A stretch of DNA of 59,125 nucleotides, from positions 1 through 59,125 of the forward strand of contig JADFXT010000013.1 of NCBI GenBank assembly GCA_015233405.1, in the 5' to 3' direction. Source of the stretch: Candidatus Omnitrophota bacterium. Its GTDB lineage: Bacteria > Omnitrophota > Gorgyraeia > Zapsychrales > Zapsychraceae. The position numbers and the translations under genes are program-made. Of this stretch, positions 56,699 through 59,125 are shown one piece after another (within the stretch, counting starts at the first letter, position 1; the number at the start of each line of letters is the position of its first letter). The notes below the pieces were generated by a model. That model saw only the letters and a list, made by a program, of their open reading frames with translations. It was not told where the DNA came from and did no database searches.

Positions 56699-58546
56699 CT
56701 AATTTTTGGCTACAGTTCCTAGCCGACGAAAAAGAAAAGTCGCAGTCTTATCTCCTTCTCTAATAACAATCGTTTGCGGCTGAAAGTTGCGCTCAAATTC
56801 CTGGACGAGCAACATAAAATTCGGATTAGGATCCTTGCCAAATTCTTCGATCTCAAGAGGCCCTATCAAAATCCAGTCACATGAAGATCGCCCGATGCAT
56901 TCATTTTGAGTAGCCTTGCTCCCCCCCAACTTAATCGTCGTCATCACTCCAGCCCTTTCAGCCTTTAAAACAAATCTTTGAGCGTATAATGGACTCGGTT
57001 CAACCACTAAAGCGTTTAATCCATATCCAGGATTGGGCAACTTTTCTATTAATGAAGTATAAAGTTTCGGCTCATACCACTTCTCATCAGCAGCCCAAAG
57101 TTCTGAGAATCTGGGACCCCATCTCTTTGTATGCTTTTGGCTCCAATCTCTAACGCCAGCCCCAAAACTCCCACACTCTGCTAATATAACGGAGCAATGA
57201 AAGATCGCCACAATTATAATCAAAAAAATTCCAACTTTACGTATAGAAAAAACATTGTTTTTCAACCTGAATACTGCGACCAGACACATCAGCGTCAAGA
57301 CAAGCGCTTCAAGTTGGTAAACTCGAGAAGTATTGTCATTAGAAAATGGCGCTGCGAAAGGATGAATAAAGATAGACCCAAGCATCACCGCCATCCAATA
57401 AGTCTGATAAGGAATTCGCTTTGTTCTATCTCGGCTTATCAGCCACATAATAACCGTAACTACACCCAAAAAAAGAAATATGCTCATCGAGTAGCCAAAA
57501 AAATTCGACCAAGCTTTAACGAGAACAAAAGAAAATCCCTGTCCCGGCTTAAATGCGTATGGTAAATCTTGACTATAATCAAATAAAACCATGTGGCCCC
57601 AATTGAACATTTTTTTAATGTATGGTAAAGCCCAAGCGACTGATATAGAAAAAGCCGAAACATAAAATGAAATCCAACCACGCCAAGACCTCATCAGCTT
57701 AAGTGATGCTATCCAGGGCAGAATAGCAAGAATAAGCGTGGAACACGTCATAAAAAGAATCGTTCCAATACTTACATTTGCCGGGTAAATCCGTATGCAA
57801 TAGATAAGGCTCAATACCAATACTCCTAAGGAAGGAAGGCTCACAAGAAGCGCACTGACAGGAATTTTTCTTTCTTTAATGCAGAGACCAAGGAAGATTA
57901 CCCCTACGGGCAGTAAAACAAGCATCGATTCCATAGGCCTAATTGTAAAAGCTAAACCAGTGCTGACCCCTGCAAAAAAAGAATATCTAGCAAAAGTAAA
58001 GCCTTGAGAACGATAGATATAATAAACGGCGATAAGCGCGGTGAGCATAAACAACGGCTCGCACATGAACATTACTACCGACCGGTTAAACCACGGTAAA
58101 GTTCCGGCCAGAATCAGCGTCAAACATAATTCTAAAGGAGTCAGAAAATTCTGAAGTAACTTGCGAAGGTAGAATAAAATAAAAAATAAAACGATCGCCG
58201 AAAAACAGTTAACCAAAAATACGAGTGGCGCATTCGGGAAAAACGCAAATAAGGGTAAAGCGATTACAGGAAAAAGAATTGGGCGCCATCCGCGAATAGT
58301 ATAAGCATTATAGATCCAATCAATAGGCCCTCCCCCATCATGTTTAGCTGAATTGATGATATCCAAGACCGTCTTAAGATATTGCCCTGCGTCCCACAAT
58401 GGAATACAGGTCACTTGACGAGTTCGAATCCAGAACAAGAACAGTGGGATTCCAAAACTAAGAATAACCAAGAGGATCCCCGGCCAAAGAGGGAAAAAAG
58501 ATGCGCGCAGCCAATTGAAAACCCTTGTCTTGTATTTATTAAACAT
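56699..58546 (-). CDS. GT-C-like polytopic membrane protein, paralog 2
   Basis: 615 aa, collinear with paralog 1 over its full length. Identical runs include SFGIPLFLFWIRTRQVTC, YLKTVLDIINSAKHDGG, FMCEPLF, WRGWISFY, FKPGQGF, GSIFIHPF and NDNTSRVYQ. The first-loop motif is changed to PLWDAGQYL. Confidence 0.55.
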   Translation of the reverse strand: MFNKYKTRVFNWLRASFFPLWPGILLVILSFGIPLFLFWIRTRQVTCIPLWDAGQYLKTVLDIINSAKHDGGGPIDWIYNAYTIRGWRPILFPVIALPLFAFFPNAPLVFLVNCFSAIVLFFILFYLRKLLQNFLTPLELCLTLILAGTLPWFNRSVVMFMCEPLFMLTALIAVYYIYRSQGFTFARYSFFAGVSTGLAFTIRPMESMLVLLPVGVIFLGLCIKERKIPVSALLVSLPSLGVLVLSLIYCIRIYPANVSIGTILFMTCSTLILAILPWIASLKLMRSWRGWISFYVSAFSISVAWALPYIKKMFNWGHMVLFDYSQDLPYAFKPGQGFSFVLVKAWSNFFGYSMSIFLFLGVVTVIMWLISRDRTKRIPYQTYWMAVMLGSIFIHPFAAPFSNDNTSRVYQLEALVLTLMCLVAVFRLKNNVFSIRKVGIFLIIIVAIFHCSVILAECGSFGAGVRDWSQKHTKRWGPRFSELWAADEKWYEPKLYTSLIEKLPNPGYGLNALVVEPSPLYAQRFVLKAERAGVMTTIKLGGSKATQNECIGRSSCDWILIGPLEIEEFGKDPNPNFMLLVQEFERNFQPQTIVIREGDKTATFLFRRLGTVAKN

Positions 58547-58728
58547 CGTGTGCTGATTCTCTACTTTTTATAAGGTTCCTTAATTACTGTTTCTCGACTT
58601 TCACATCCAGACTATTACAAAAATTTTCTAATATTTTTTTGACCCAATCAAAATCATTCTCCGATATTTTATGAAGATCGAATTCTTATCAACCAAAAAA
58701 GCATTAAAGATATCCTAAGAACTATGCC

Positions 58729-58998
58729 TCATTTTATAGATCTTACCCCTTCAACCGAATGGTCAATTTTTGATGCCTTACCTATAATATTCTTAAGAGT
58801 TACCGTAGCGCCAAAGTGTTTGCCATGAAGATAATAGGACCCTTTATCTACCTTAAATTTCCTAACAAGCTCCTTTTTTCCATGATCCTTACAATTATAG
58901 AAATTAACGCCCCTTAGCTCGGGATAATCTATTTTTTTATTATTCACATAAATTCCATCTTCTTTTTTCTCTACCGTTTCTCCCGCTAGAGCGATCAA
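58729..58998 (-). CDS. Hypothetical protein resembling the non-catalytic C-terminal part of signal peptidase I (S26), possibly a gene remnant
   Basis: 89 aa from a TTG start. IALAGETVEKKEDGIYVNNKKI and VDKGSYYLHGKHFGATVTLKNIIGKA mirror the S26 blocks (VIGLPGDTVE..DG.lYiNGk and vPeGhYFvmGDNR..S.DSR....IiGKA). The catalytic Ser/Lys region is absent. Confidence 0.3.
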   Translation of the reverse strand: MIALAGETVEKKEDGIYVNNKKIDYPELRGVNFYNCKDHGKKELVRKFKVDKGSYYLHGKHFGATVTLKNIIGKASKIDHSVEGVRSIK

Positions 58999-59125
58999 AC
59001 GCCTAGCGGTCTTAACTGCTTAATTAAATAAAGCGCGGTCATCTCTCCTTCATTATCAGGATCGGTCGCGATAATGATTTCCTGAATGCCTTCGGTCCTG
59101 ATGCGGCCTAAAAGCTCGGGGATTT
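58995..59125 (-). CDS. Partial CDS running off the window edge, a Toprim-domain protein (RecR-like C-terminal region)
   Basis: The minus-strand frame gives IPELLGRIRTEGIQEIIIATDPDNEGEMTALYLIKQLRPLGV-stop. The IIIATDPDNEGE-TA-Y block is the RecR/Toprim signature. The stop TGA overlaps the TTG start of the next ORF. Confidence 0.4.
   Translation of the reverse strand, partial: IPELLGRIRTEGIQEIIIATDPDNEGEMTALYLIKQLRPLGV

Overview
This 59 kb window comes from an AT-rich diderm (Gram-negative-type) bacterial genome. Every credible gene except rpoN lies on the minus strand. I saw no rRNA, tRNA, CRISPR array, transposase, integrase or recognisable defence system. In coordinate order the window contains: (1) A signalling block at 26-6822, made of a PAS histidine kinase whose 3' end runs through a long (CAAT)n tetranucleotide tract, a stand-alone receiver, a CheB-CheR-PAS-kinase megafusion, and a sigma-54-dependent response regulator. 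(2) A tightly coupled envelope-lipid block at 6847-18365. It encodes a TPR protein, a polytopic membrane protein, an AMP-ligase/ACP/PlsC-acyltransferase triple fusion, a FeeM-like N-acyl amino acid synthase, a PilZ protein, an outer-membrane barrel, a LolA-like protein, a ThiF/E1-like enzyme and an MMPL/RND exporter. (3) A complete PEP-CTERM/exosortase exopolysaccharide locus at 18502-45734. It holds a PEP-CTERM protein, a priming sugar transferase carrying an in-frame PEP-CTERM-like sorting signal, EpsI, exosortase, about 11 glycosyltransferases, a Wzy/O-antigen-ligase-like protein, Wzx, a TagF-like protein, an acetyltransferase, GalE, a BY-kinase-like ATPase, an ExeA-like ATPase, Wzz-like and Wza-like proteins, and a small HTH protein. 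(4) A stand-alone rpoN at 46219-47589, followed by a second PEP-CTERM gene. (5) A lipoprotein gene, a GC-richer DenV-like glycosylase gene bracketed by paralogous hairpin repeats, and a GC-richer glycerol operon (glpK, a GlpA-like dehydrogenase, an oxidoreductase, DUF1667). (6) An alpha/beta hydrolase coupled to two tandem paralogous GT-C-like membrane proteins, then a truncated-looking S26-like ORF and a partial Toprim (RecR-like) gene at the edge. -24/-12 (sigma-54) promoter matches precede the priming transferase and the second PEP-CTERM gene (the first a perfect consensus). A weaker match precedes the EPS operon, and another match sits on the rpoN start codon. The most novel items are the PEP-CTERM/sugar-transferase fusion, the aminolipid-like synthesis and export block, and the sigma-54 wiring with shared upstream dyads.
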